Shown: positions 6,881 to 14,281 of the stretch, in pieces
Layout of the letters: each line of letters begins with the position of its first letter
Numbering within the stretch: position 1 is the stretch's first letter
Virus record (IMG/VR): IMGVR_UViG_2563366855_000007
Span: 1-14,521 of that record
DNA length: 14,521 nucleotides
Strand: one strand, 5' to 3'
Origin: a virus
Taxonomy: Duplodnaviria; Heunggongvirae; Uroviricota; Caudoviricetes
Notes under the pieces: model-generated
Database searches by the model: none
What the model was told of the DNA's origin: nothing
The model's input: the letters and a program-made list of their open reading frames with translations, nothing else
Made by a program: the position numbers and the translations under genes

Positions 6881-8047
6881 TTAAACCCCTTTGACAACGT
6901 CAGCGTTGACCTGTGGAACCCCGATTTCAGCGGCCAGATTCATGGCGGCTATTACCAGGTTACTGACGGCCAGCGGATACAGCAGGCTGACCATATTTTT
7001 ACGGTGACTTCCCGGATTGCTCAGGCGGGCACGTATGGCATCCACTGCACCGGCGTCCATAATGTCCGTCAGCTGTTTACCGGCCCGTTGCAGTTTGAAC
7101 GTCAGAAATTCTTCAAGGTTATTGTCCAGAGGCAGAAGTTCGACCACCTCACAGCGCTGAACGACTTCACGGACTTCCATATTGCGTTCAGACAGTTTTG
7201 TCGCCAGTTCCGGCTGGCCAATCAGCACGATGGACAGCAGTTTTTTGAAACCGGACTCCAGCTCAAAAAAGCGTTTGAGGTGTTTCAGTGTCGGAATGGG
7301 CAGACTGTGGGCCTCCTCAATCACCAGAACGTGGCTGAACCCCGCCTGGCTGCTGTCTTTCAGGACGCGATGCAACTGGCGAAAACGGGCGTCCTGACTG
7401 CGTCTGATGCTTTCCAGTGGTGCGATGGTACTGATAATGGCTTCGGCAATAGCTGCTGCCTTCAGGGTTTTCCCTTTCACATCGTTGTCTTCCATAGCGA
7501 TGATGTATGGCTCGATAACAATTACCGGCGCATTCTCGCGGTTGATACGTTCAGTCAGGTCGCGGCGCAGCGTGGATTTACCCGCACCGGACTCACCGAT
7601 GACGGCCATAAACCCACCATGACGGGCTGTCTGGTACAGCGCCTCACGCACGTAGCGAATGTCCGGGGTGGTGAACACATCATCAGAACCCTGCATGGCT
7701 TCGTCGGCGAACGGGTCACGGAAAAGACCAAACGCTTTTTTGGTTGCTGGAAATAACACCTGTTTTTTGAGTAACATATTCTCTTCCTCACTGAGGCTCG
7801 TTTTATCTGTGGTACCCGCTGTACGGGGCGTGGCCGCGCCCTGTACAGCATCAAAACTCTTCGTTGTATCAATCCCCTGACTTTCCAGCCAGGACGCAAG
7901 ACGCCGGCGCACTTCTCCGGGGCTGGTGCGGGGCCACGCGTTATGATTCACAATCTGGGCCAGCGTGGCCTCAGAAACATCGACAGCTCTCGCCACCACC
8001 GCCTGTGGAATACGGGCCTCTTTCAGTTGCTGCTTCAGTACCAGCAT
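6881..8047 (-). CDS. Transposition ATPase, MuB-like (AAA+ with N-terminal HTH)
   Basis: ATG 8045-8047 with GAGGAGGG SD that spans the A-like stop (track start 8086 is GTG with no SD). Walker A GESGAGKS, Walker B-like VLVIEEAH, N-terminal HTH (VSEATLAQIVN). Confidence 0.8.
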   Translation of the reverse strand: MLVLKQQLKEARIPQAVVARAVDVSEATLAQIVNHNAWPRTSPGEVRRRLASWLESQGIDTTKSFDAVQGAATPRTAGTTDKTSLSEEENMLLKKQVLFPATKKAFGLFRDPFADEAMQGSDDVFTTPDIRYVREALYQTARHGGFMAVIGESGAGKSTLRRDLTERINRENAPVIVIEPYIIAMEDNDVKGKTLKAAAIAEAIISTIAPLESIRRSQDARFRQLHRVLKDSSQAGFSHVLVIEEAHSLPIPTLKHLKRFFELESGFKKLLSIVLIGQPELATKLSERNMEVREVVQRCEVVELLPLDNNLEEFLTFKLQRAGKQLTDIMDAGAVDAIRARLSNPGSHRKNMVSLLYPLAVSNLVIAAMNLAAEIGVPQVNADVVKGV

Positions 8048-8057
8048 GTTTCCCTCC

Positions 8058-9827
8058 TCAGTTGCCGTTAACAATGCTGATAACACTGCTGCGGGCCGGT
8101 GTGGTCAGCGTGGCCATGACTTCATCCAGTGCGGCTTCCGGTACGCCGTCCGGGTACTGTGCCGTTAACTGGCGGTAATGTTCCGGCGTCCAGGTAAGGC
8201 CGTCGGCGCTGAACTTATCGCGCAGGGCTTTCGCGGCCTCCACATGAGTCATGGGACGTTGTTCAGTGCGCGGCCCGCGTACGTCAGAGGCCTGACCACG
8301 CTTCGGCATATAGGCCGGAAGTGTGGTGTCGTCGATATGTTTATACGGGTCAAGCCGCCCGCCGAACGGCAGCGCCTTCGCCTTGCGTGCGGCGGCTGCA
8401 TCTGCGGCGTTGTCTGTACCGGTAACCAGCGCTTCGGTTTCTTTTGCCGCCATCTGTGCCGGGGTTTCCGGCAGGGCTTTGTAACTTTCGCCAAATACCG
8501 CCGCGCCTTCAGCAAAGCCAAACTCGTTCTTTCTGACCTCTTCGACCAGGAAGAACGTCTCGTGGCCGTCCTCACCGGTCAGAACCACCTGTGCCACATC
8601 GCTGCGCCATGGGTTACGGGTAATCATCAGTTTTTCACCAACCAGTACGCCCGGTACCGTTGATACGTCAAATTCAGTGCCCCGGAACGAGACACGAAGT
8701 TTTGGCGTGACTTTGCGGAGTTCTGGTGCCGCCACAGCCAGTTCACGACATACCTCAACGGAAGGCGCTTTTTTCAGCTGCTCAGCAGTAATCTTCAGCC
8801 AGATATCCGTGCGGGTTTTACCGTGGCGGCTGTGAACAGCCGTGGCGTTAAAGTGGCTGCGCCATTTCGCGGCCAGCGCGTTGAGTTCTTCCAGACTGTG
8901 AACCGGCCGGAACTTCAGACCCGGCTCCAGCTTGCGTTCGATAATGTCACGCGCCTTTTCCACCTGTCCGGTGGCGCGGGCGTTATGCGGCTTGTGCGCT
9001 ATCAGGTCGATGCCCAGTGAGCGGCACATGTTTTTCGTCATACCCGCGGTGTTTGCCGAGCCGGGGTCGAGATAGAGTATTTTCGGCACGCCGTGCAGCA
9101 CGTCTGCGCCGCCACGCTCCTGCATGGCGTTGATAAGCACAGAACACAGGTTCTCACCTGATTCCGCGCCCGTCACATACTCAACGTAAATCCAGCCGCT
9201 GGCATGGTCGGTAATCTCGTAACTCCACACGCGGTCACTGGCGATACGGGCAAGGTTAGCGGGCTTGTTCTTGTAGAACTTCGCGCTGTCCATCACCTGC
9301 AGCCCTTTATGTCCATTGCTCAGGTAGTAAAGCGTGCAGAGTGAGGCGTCAATCTGCCAGACATGATTGGGATGCAGACTGGCCACTTCGGTATGTGGTG
9401 CAGGGGCATCCAGTTGTTCCGGGTGCAGGCCATAGTTACGCAGAGCACGGCTGATGGCATCTTCAGACAACGGGAAAAACTCACTGGTGGTTTCATCTGT
9501 TCTGCCTGCGGTGATAAAGCCGTTAGCCCGCAGGGTTTCCACTGCATCTGCGATGGAATAGAGACGCTTACCGTTCTTGCGGGTGGCCTCACGCAGTGTG
9601 GCAGATATCAGCGCGGCTTCGTCGCGGGTCAGGGCGCTGCGCCCGGCATCGGCGCGTTTTTTGCGTTTATCAGTCACAGATACCTCCTTCAGCCTGCGCA
9701 GCAGAGTGGCGCGGGACATGCCAAGTTCAGCACAGGCAGCGTCGTATACTGCGCCGCGTTTACCATGCCCCGCGTCACGTGCCGCGCGGGCGACATAAAC
9801 CAGTCGTTCAGTCAGGGCAGCATTCAT
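8058..9827 (-). CDS. DDE transposase, MuA-like (rve/integrase core; 589 aa)
   Basis: ATG 9825-9827 with GGAGG SD. Catalytic triad candidates D in HVWQIDAS, D in LYLDPGSANT, E in GQVEKARDIIERK; N-terminal HTH. Sits directly upstream of the AAA+ partner as in Mu A-B. Confidence 0.85.
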   Translation of the reverse strand: MNAALTERLVYVARAARDAGHGKRGAVYDAACAELGMSRATLLRRLKEVSVTDKRKKRADAGRSALTRDEAALISATLREATRKNGKRLYSIADAVETLRANGFITAGRTDETTSEFFPLSEDAISRALRNYGLHPEQLDAPAPHTEVASLHPNHVWQIDASLCTLYYLSNGHKGLQVMDSAKFYKNKPANLARIASDRVWSYEITDHASGWIYVEYVTGAESGENLCSVLINAMQERGGADVLHGVPKILYLDPGSANTAGMTKNMCRSLGIDLIAHKPHNARATGQVEKARDIIERKLEPGLKFRPVHSLEELNALAAKWRSHFNATAVHSRHGKTRTDIWLKITAEQLKKAPSVEVCRELAVAAPELRKVTPKLRVSFRGTEFDVSTVPGVLVGEKLMITRNPWRSDVAQVVLTGEDGHETFFLVEEVRKNEFGFAEGAAVFGESYKALPETPAQMAAKETEALVTGTDNAADAAAARKAKALPFGGRLDPYKHIDDTTLPAYMPKRGQASDVRGPRTEQRPMTHVEAAKALRDKFSADGLTWTPEHYRQLTAQYPDGVPEAALDEVMATLTTPARSSVISIVNGN

Positions 9828-9830
9828 TGG

Positions 9831-10742
9831 TTATGCCTCCAGCCCGTTAATCTGTGGCGTCGACTCAGTCAGCCATGAAGGCGCTGCATTGCCTGTTGGC
9901 TCGTCCGGCAGGTCAAATGTGGAGCGCAGGCTACGCGCTGTGCTTTCCAGTTGACAGACCAGGCCTGCCATGAAGTCTCTGGGGGTATCAATCATGTTTT
10001 CAGCACAATATGCGCACAGCGTCTCAAAAGCGCTGGACAGTCGGACGGCGATGGCAGATTCCGCCTCAACCGCTAATGCTGTTACTTCCGCCCGCAGCTT
10101 CTTAACCTCCTCATCAGGCTCAGGTGGCTGAATACGGGATTTCTTCTCCAGTCTGGTGGAGAGTGAGTCTATTTTTTCATTTTTGTCGGCGAGTACGCGC
10201 TGTTGTGCTGCGTTGGTTTCGCGCGCTTCGCGCAGGGCCTGACGCAATTCACGTACTGACATGCGATCAACATCGTCAAGCGTCAGTCCGGCAACTGTGC
10301 CACCGTCGGCCAGTTCAGCAAGGTCGTCGTCATCTTCAGCAACAAGTTCAAATAATTTTGCCTTACCTAAAAGCGACAACGTTGTCGCTTTTGGCTCTAG
10401 TTTTGGTGAAAGGTATTTCAAAGATGCTTTCATCATTCGTTGTGCTGCGCGCACATGCAGACCAAGTTGTTCTTCTACAATTCCAACAAAGTCCCCGTGA
10501 GGTTCATTTTCTTTGAGAATAATAAGTCGTTTACCTGCTTCCAGCATGGCCTCAGCGCTCTGTGCCATATAAAACCGAGCCTCATGAACTATGCGATCAC
10601 GCTCATAGGGCTGACCATCGCCAAACTGCTGCATGATCTCCATACGATGCTGTGTCATGGCGTTCAGACTGACATTGAGATCATCCGACAGCGGTACCTC
10701 GGCGTTCAGTTCAGTGTTAATCGGTGATTTGGTGCGTCCCAT
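9831..10742 (-). CDS. DUF3102-like protein (303 aa) with acidic linker and coiled-coil
   Basis: ATG 10740-10742 with AAGGAG SD; stop 3 nt before the A-like start. IVHEARFYMAQSAEAMLEAGKRLIILKENEPHGDFVGIVEEQLGLHVRAAQRMM resembles the DUF3102 core (from memory). Confidence 0.55.
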   Translation of the reverse strand: MGRTKSPINTELNAEVPLSDDLNVSLNAMTQHRMEIMQQFGDGQPYERDRIVHEARFYMAQSAEAMLEAGKRLIILKENEPHGDFVGIVEEQLGLHVRAAQRMMKASLKYLSPKLEPKATTLSLLGKAKLFELVAEDDDDLAELADGGTVAGLTLDDVDRMSVRELRQALREARETNAAQQRVLADKNEKIDSLSTRLEKKSRIQPPEPDEEVKKLRAEVTALAVEAESAIAVRLSSAFETLCAYCAENMIDTPRDFMAGLVCQLESTARSLRSTFDLPDEPTGNAAPSWLTESTPQINGLEA

Positions 10743-10752
10743 TTATTACTCC

Positions 10753-11061
10753 TTACAAACGACTACCTGAAATGACACGTTGGTTGATTTCGTTAATGCG
10801 ATCCTGTGCACGTGCCATCTCGTTACTGTGGGCCATAGCGATCTGCAGTAACTGGATGCCCGGCGCGAAACGCCCGTTTTCCAGTTTCAGGGCCAACCCT
10901 TCTTCAATGAGGGTGTTGAGTGCCCGGTTGATGTTTGCCGGTGACTCGTGCAGTGCTGCCGCCAGTTCACCGTTGGAAATACCGTTCAGGGCATGACCGC
11001 GCAGCGCTTTGAGTACCCGGAGGATGCGACTGCCGGAGCTTGAAACATTCGTCTTACTCAT
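10753..11061 (-). CDS. Winged-helix (IclR/MarR-like) DNA-binding regulator (102 aa)
   Basis: Second ATG (11059-11061) has AAGAGG SD at good spacing; the first ATG (11067) is 1 nt from the SD. ILRVLKAL ... GISNGELAAALHESPANINRALNTLIEEGL is a classic wHTH pattern. Confidence 0.55.
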   Translation of the reverse strand: MSKTNVSSSGSRILRVLKALRGHALNGISNGELAAALHESPANINRALNTLIEEGLALKLENGRFAPGIQLLQIAMAHSNEMARAQDRINEINQRVISGSRL

Positions 11062-11113
11062 CTGCATACCTCTTTTGCGATATGTGATAACCTTTTACAA
11101 AGACTCAAAATCT

Positions 11114-11302
11114 TCAGGCTGCCTGAGCTGTTGATTTCAGCCCCAACTTCACGGCGATTTCATGGGATTTACCGTAACGGGCTTTGGTCTGCCCATTGAG
11201 AACGCGGTATACCTCATTGCGGTTGTAGCCGTTTTCTTCTGCCCAGCGGGTGAAAGTGATCCCGCGCTGGCGGAAGAGAGCTTTGACTTGTTCTGCAGTC
11301 AT
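11114..11302 (-). CDS. ner: Ner/Nlp-like small DNA-binding regulator (62 aa)
   Basis: First gene after the early promoter; ATG 11300-11302 with AAGGAG SD. Pattern RQRGITFTRWAEENGY ... GKSHEIAVKLG parallels the Ner/Nlp fold; the assignment is by position and pattern. Confidence 0.55.
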   Translation of the reverse strand: MTAEQVKALFRQRGITFTRWAEENGYNRNEVYRVLNGQTKARYGKSHEIAVKLGLKSTAQAA

Positions 11303-11349
11303 CGTTGTCTCCTTTGTTGATGCAATGATGTTTGCCTTATGTGTGATAG

Positions 11350-11378
11350 ATTATGGTGCAGATTACCTCACCAGTCAA
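11350..11378 (-). promoter_or_regulatory. Early promoter (Pe-like) in the divergent repressor/ner switch region
   Basis: On the minus strand TTGACT (plus 11373-11378), 17-nt spacer, CATAAT (plus 11350-11355), about 45 nt upstream of the ner-like ATG. The spacer contains TGCAGATTACC and a nearby AGATTA repeat, candidate operator sites. Confidence 0.55.
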
Positions 11379-11402
11379 CTTAAAGAGTGCAGAAAAACTC
11401 AC

Positions 11403-11741
11403 ATGATCGGGTTACGTATTAAAGAAGAAAGAGAGCGTCTATCTCTTACACAGCAAGGGTTGGCTGATGCTATAGGTGTGGCAAAGAGAACTTTCATTGA
11501 TTGGGAAAAAGATCGCACTTCTCCTACTGCAGTGCAGTTATCTGCACTATCAGAAATCGGTGTAGATATTTTGTATGTAGTTACTGGGGTGCGGAGTCAG
11601 CCTGTTGTTGCACCTTATGTGTCACAAGAAAAGAAAGAGTTAATGGATGCATTCGACGAAATGAGCCCCGAACAACGGAGGGCAATTCTTGAGGTCGGCA
11701 AAGTCTTCATTCAACCCAAACCAAGCAAACTCGCAGGCTGA
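11403..11741 (+). CDS. XRE-family (Cro/CI-type HTH) repressor, divergent from the early operon
   Basis: ATG 11403 opens directly on the HTH (LSLTQQGLADAIGVAKRTFIDWEKDRTSPT); weak RBS. The track ORF from 11250 begins with GTG and would run through the early promoter. Confidence 0.65.
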   Translation: MIGLRIKEERERLSLTQQGLADAIGVAKRTFIDWEKDRTSPTAVQLSALSEIGVDILYVVTGVRSQPVVAPYVSQEKKELMDAFDEMSPEQRRAILEVGKVFIQPKPSKLAG

Positions 11742-11827
11742 TTTTGACCTGGACACAAAGGACAGGTGGTTGATCTGGATGCTTTCAGAAAACATCGCCA
11801 GTGACATAGTGGAAGTTGTTTGGTTTA

Positions 11828-11859
11828 CCGGAAAGCATTGTGCTTTCCGGTTTTGTTTC
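11828..11859 (+). terminator. Rho-independent terminator downstream of the repressor gene
   Basis: Perfect 10-bp stem CCGGAAAGCA / TGCTTTCCGG (11828-11837 / 11841-11850), 3-nt loop, then TTTTGTTTC. Confidence 0.75.
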
Positions 11860-12622
11860 AGAAGTTGCAGATTACCAGTTCACGGCGCGGCGTGGATTTC
11901 CCCGCCAGACTGTAGTTGATGTTCACTGTCTGTATGTTCAGTCCAGTGAACACCTCGCGCATCTGTGGGATATCGTTCACCGAAATTATCATTTTTCCTC
12001 TGATGCACCGGGCCAGCTCTGCCAGCCGCGAGTAGTTCCCTTCAGGAAAATCCACACCATAGCCTTCCGTACCCAGGTACGGTGGGTCGCAGTAGAACAG
12101 TGTGTGCGGACGATCATAACGCTCAATGCACTGTTGCCAGTCCATGTGTTCTATGACTGTTCTGGAAAGCCGCAGGTGTGCTGCTGACAGTTCTTCTTCA
12201 ATACGCAGCAGGTTGAAGCGTGGCGGGGATGTGGTGGAGGTACCGAAGCTGTGCTCTGCCACCTTGCCGCCAAACGCCTGCTTCTGAAGGTAGTAGAACC
12301 GTGCCGCACGCTGGATATCCGTCAGTGTTTCTTCCGGGGTGATCTGCAGCCATTTGTAGATCTGACGGCTGACCAGCGCCCATTTGAACTGGCGGACAAA
12401 TTCTTCCAGGTGATGCTTTACCACCCGGTACAGATTCACCAGTTCACCGTTGATATCATTGATGACTTCGATCTTGCCGGGTGTCTTAAGAAAATAGAGC
12501 GCTGCTGCCCCACAAAACGGCTCCACATAACATTCATGCGCCGGAAACAGCGGCAGGATGTGTTTTGCCAGGCGACGTTTGCCACCAATCCATGGAACGA
12601 TGGGTAATGTCTTCATTTTCAT
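11858..12622 (-). CDS. Dam-family (D12 class) DNA N6-adenine methyltransferase, orphan
   Basis: ATG 12620-12622. N-terminal PWIGGKRRL, motif I EPFCGAAALYF, catalytic DPPY, C-terminal RRELVICNF. No adjacent restriction endonuclease candidate. Confidence 0.88.
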   Translation of the reverse strand: MKMKTLPIVPWIGGKRRLAKHILPLFPAHECYVEPFCGAAALYFLKTPGKIEVINDINGELVNLYRVVKHHLEEFVRQFKWALVSRQIYKWLQITPEETLTDIQRAARFYYLQKQAFGGKVAEHSFGTSTTSPPRFNLLRIEEELSAAHLRLSRTVIEHMDWQQCIERYDRPHTLFYCDPPYLGTEGYGVDFPEGNYSRLAELARCIRGKMIISVNDIPQMREVFTGLNIQTVNINYSLAGKSTPRRELVICNF

Positions 12623-12663
12623 AATCTGTAAGCCTTTTACAATTATTAAAAATATGGCAGGCT

Positions 12664-12770
12664 AGTCTGGTCTCGCGAGACTGACTGAACCTCGGTCGGC
12701 TCACAGCCACTTCTGTGGGACGATGGCCAGCCCGGTGGGTCCGAAGCACCGGGCTGGTCGTTCTTTCATG
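12664..12770. promoter_or_regulatory. Structured non-coding region upstream of the Dam-like gene: 12-bp perfect palindrome plus GC-rich hairpin
   Basis: GTCTCGCGAGAC at 12670-12681 flanked by AGTC/GACT; 11-bp perfect stem CCAGCCCGGTG / CACCGGGCTGG (12727-12737 / 12747-12757) with 9-nt loop, followed on the plus strand by TCGTTCTTTC. Confidence 0.35.
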
Positions 12771-12813
12771 ATGCGGCAGGGATAGTGGGATTTCTGTTAA
12801 TGTGGTTTAGGGA

Positions 12814-13029
12814 TTATCCGGGGCGATTTTCTGACCTTATCCGGTCCAGGGCATAAGTAATACCTTCTGCAAAAACAGAAGTATCAAACTGCTTTTGTAT
12901 TCCCTGAAAATGAAAAGCGGCACGACAGACACTCAGTTCTCCGCGATGTAACCGGATAATATCTTCCAGAACATTGTTCACTGCTTCAGCACGGCGCTGA
13001 TGTTCTGTTAACGTTAATCGGGGATTCAT
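12814..13029 (-). CDS. Hypothetical protein (71 aa)
   Basis: ATG 13027-13029 with AAGGAG SD 6 nt upstream; no recognisable domain. Confidence 0.4.
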   Translation of the reverse strand: MNPRLTLTEHQRRAEAVNNVLEDIIRLHRGELSVCRAAFHFQGIQKQFDTSVFAEGITYALDRIRSENRPG

Positions 13030-13432
13030 GATGCACTCCTTAAATGATGATTTTTATGCACTCACCGGCAAAATATTCTGCCGATTACTGAACACGCATC
13101 CGGCACCTCAGGTTTTGATTTATTCTGGTTTTTTCGATATCCCGGACCAGGTTGATCACGACCAGAAAAAGTGCCGGTATTTTATTGATACGCTGATATG
13201 GCTTCGGGATAACAGCTATATTCGTTACTCTCAGTTGCTGGCTGTGGGAGCGGCTGATGTCGTCCTCACGGAAAAAACGCTCCGTCTGCTCAATGCCACG
13301 CCGACCCTTCTGCAGCCCCGGCCCGCACCATTTAAAGAGTCACTTCTGGATGCAGTAAAAACCGGTGAAAATGCAGTCATCGCTGAATGCGTATCCCGGA
13401 TTATGCGTTACGTGTTTAATGAACGTAAGTGA
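13028..13432 (+). CDS. Hypothetical protein (about 134 aa)
   Basis: ATG 13028 or 13031 with a weak GGGGA SD. The start overlaps the divergent 71-aa ORF start and the 3' end overlaps the P-loop gene by 25 nt, so it may not be real. Confidence 0.3.
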   Translation: MMHSLNDDFYALTGKIFCRLLNTHPAPQVLIYSGFFDIPDQVDHDQKKCRYFIDTLIWLRDNSYIRYSQLLAVGAADVVLTEKTLRLLNATPTLLQPRPAPFKESLLDAVKTGENAVIAECVSRIMRYVFNERK

Positions 13433-14151
13433 GGTTTATCCGCTGTCTGCATAATCCCGATAGCCAGTGCGAGGGGAAGTAATTCCGGGGAAACTCTTTC
13501 AAACAGCGACTCCCATTCTCCTCTCGCCATCACTCTGTCCAGCCCGCCCCCCAGTTGCATTTCAGCAATCTTCCTGATTTCCCGGAACAACGCCGCTTTG
13601 ATCTCTTCGTGCTCAGCTTTATTTTCCGGTGTCAGAATGTATTCGTCGAAGAACCGGGGAGGCTGGTTAACGGGGAGCGTGTTCACCGGGATGTGTTCCT
13701 GTTTCCCGTACTTCGGGGCAGAAAAACATTCTGTTGGCTGACCGGTGAGTTTACGTAGCTCCTTCATGAGCAGCTCCTGATCGTAAACTGTCATCAGTGC
13801 CGCAATGGTGGCATGCAGTGCATCGGGCAGTATCCAGGGTTGCCGGCCCGTGGGGCATATAACATCCAGCAGCTCATTCGTCCGACAGATACGCTCCTCG
13901 CCGTATGACAACAGGCCCTGTCCCGTGTATTCCTCCAGCTTGATCACTGTGCCACCCCGTGGCTTCTGCCAGGTCGTCAGATCATCGCCACTCATACGCC
14001 GCTCATCATCTACGTCTGCAGCATCGACAATGACGCTGCCCCCGAATTCCTGTTTCACCACTTCCTCTATCCGCGCCAATATGTAACTTTTACCGCTGCC
14101 CACAGGACCGGACACGGTGACAGTGATGACCGGATTCAGTGTCTGCGTCAT
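13408..14151 (-). CDS. P-loop NTPase, kinase-like (247 aa), function unknown
   Basis: ATG 14149-14151 with GAGGAGA SD 7 nt upstream. Walker A GPVGSGKS immediately after an N-terminal beta strand (VITVTVSG), as in small-molecule/nucleotide kinases. Confidence 0.65.
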   Translation of the reverse strand: MTQTLNPVITVTVSGPVGSGKSYILARIEEVVKQEFGGSVIVDAADVDDERRMSGDDLTTWQKPRGGTVIKLEEYTGQGLLSYGEERICRTNELLDVICPTGRQPWILPDALHATIAALMTVYDQELLMKELRKLTGQPTECFSAPKYGKQEHIPVNTLPVNQPPRFFDEYILTPENKAEHEEIKAALFREIRKIAEMQLGGGLDRVMARGEWESLFERVSPELLPLALAIGIMQTADKPHLRSLNT

Positions 14152-14281
14152 ATCGTATTCTCCTCTGTGAATAATTCATCGTTTATCCTGCACATCCCGT
14201 ATCCCCGGCTCTCTTAACGCGCTTTAAAATCCTTCGCGCCCTGTATTTGTGATGCTGTCTCCACCAGACAAGGAGACACAC

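Larger units (their letters stand above)
3251..11741 (-). mobile_element. Mu-like transposable-phage early (regulation, transposition, host-takeover) module; minimum extent, ends not identified
   Basis: Co-linear repressor / ner-like / A-like DDE transposase / B-like AAA+ ATPase / gam / small semi-essential genes / gemA / mor, which is the Mu early-region order. Confidence 0.7.

Noticed and set aside
8048-8086. Longer B-like ORF from a GTG at 8084-8086, and longer membrane-protein ORF from TTG at 3214
   Set aside because: Neither alternative start has an RBS and both would overlap upstream features. The ATGs at 8047 and 3136 have strong Shine-Dalgarno sequences.
11250-11402. N-terminal extension of the repressor ORF (GTG at 11250, or ATG at 11325)
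   Set aside because: It would run through the divergent early promoter and add a non-HTH leader. XRE repressors normally start right at the HTH, so ATG 11403 is preferred, though this is unproven.
11357-11876. Exact 11-bp direct repeat TGCAGATTACC at 11357..11367 (operator region) and 11866..11876 (just past the repressor terminator)
   Set aside because: An exact 11-mer pair is expected many times by chance in 14.5 kb, so it is not significant on its own. It is only worth testing alongside repressor-binding data.
12690-12775. Possible tRNA or tmRNA fragment or attachment site around the GC-rich hairpin
   Set aside because: The 11-bp stem with 9-nt loop does not fit tRNA arm dimensions and no acceptor or anticodon arms could be assembled by eye.
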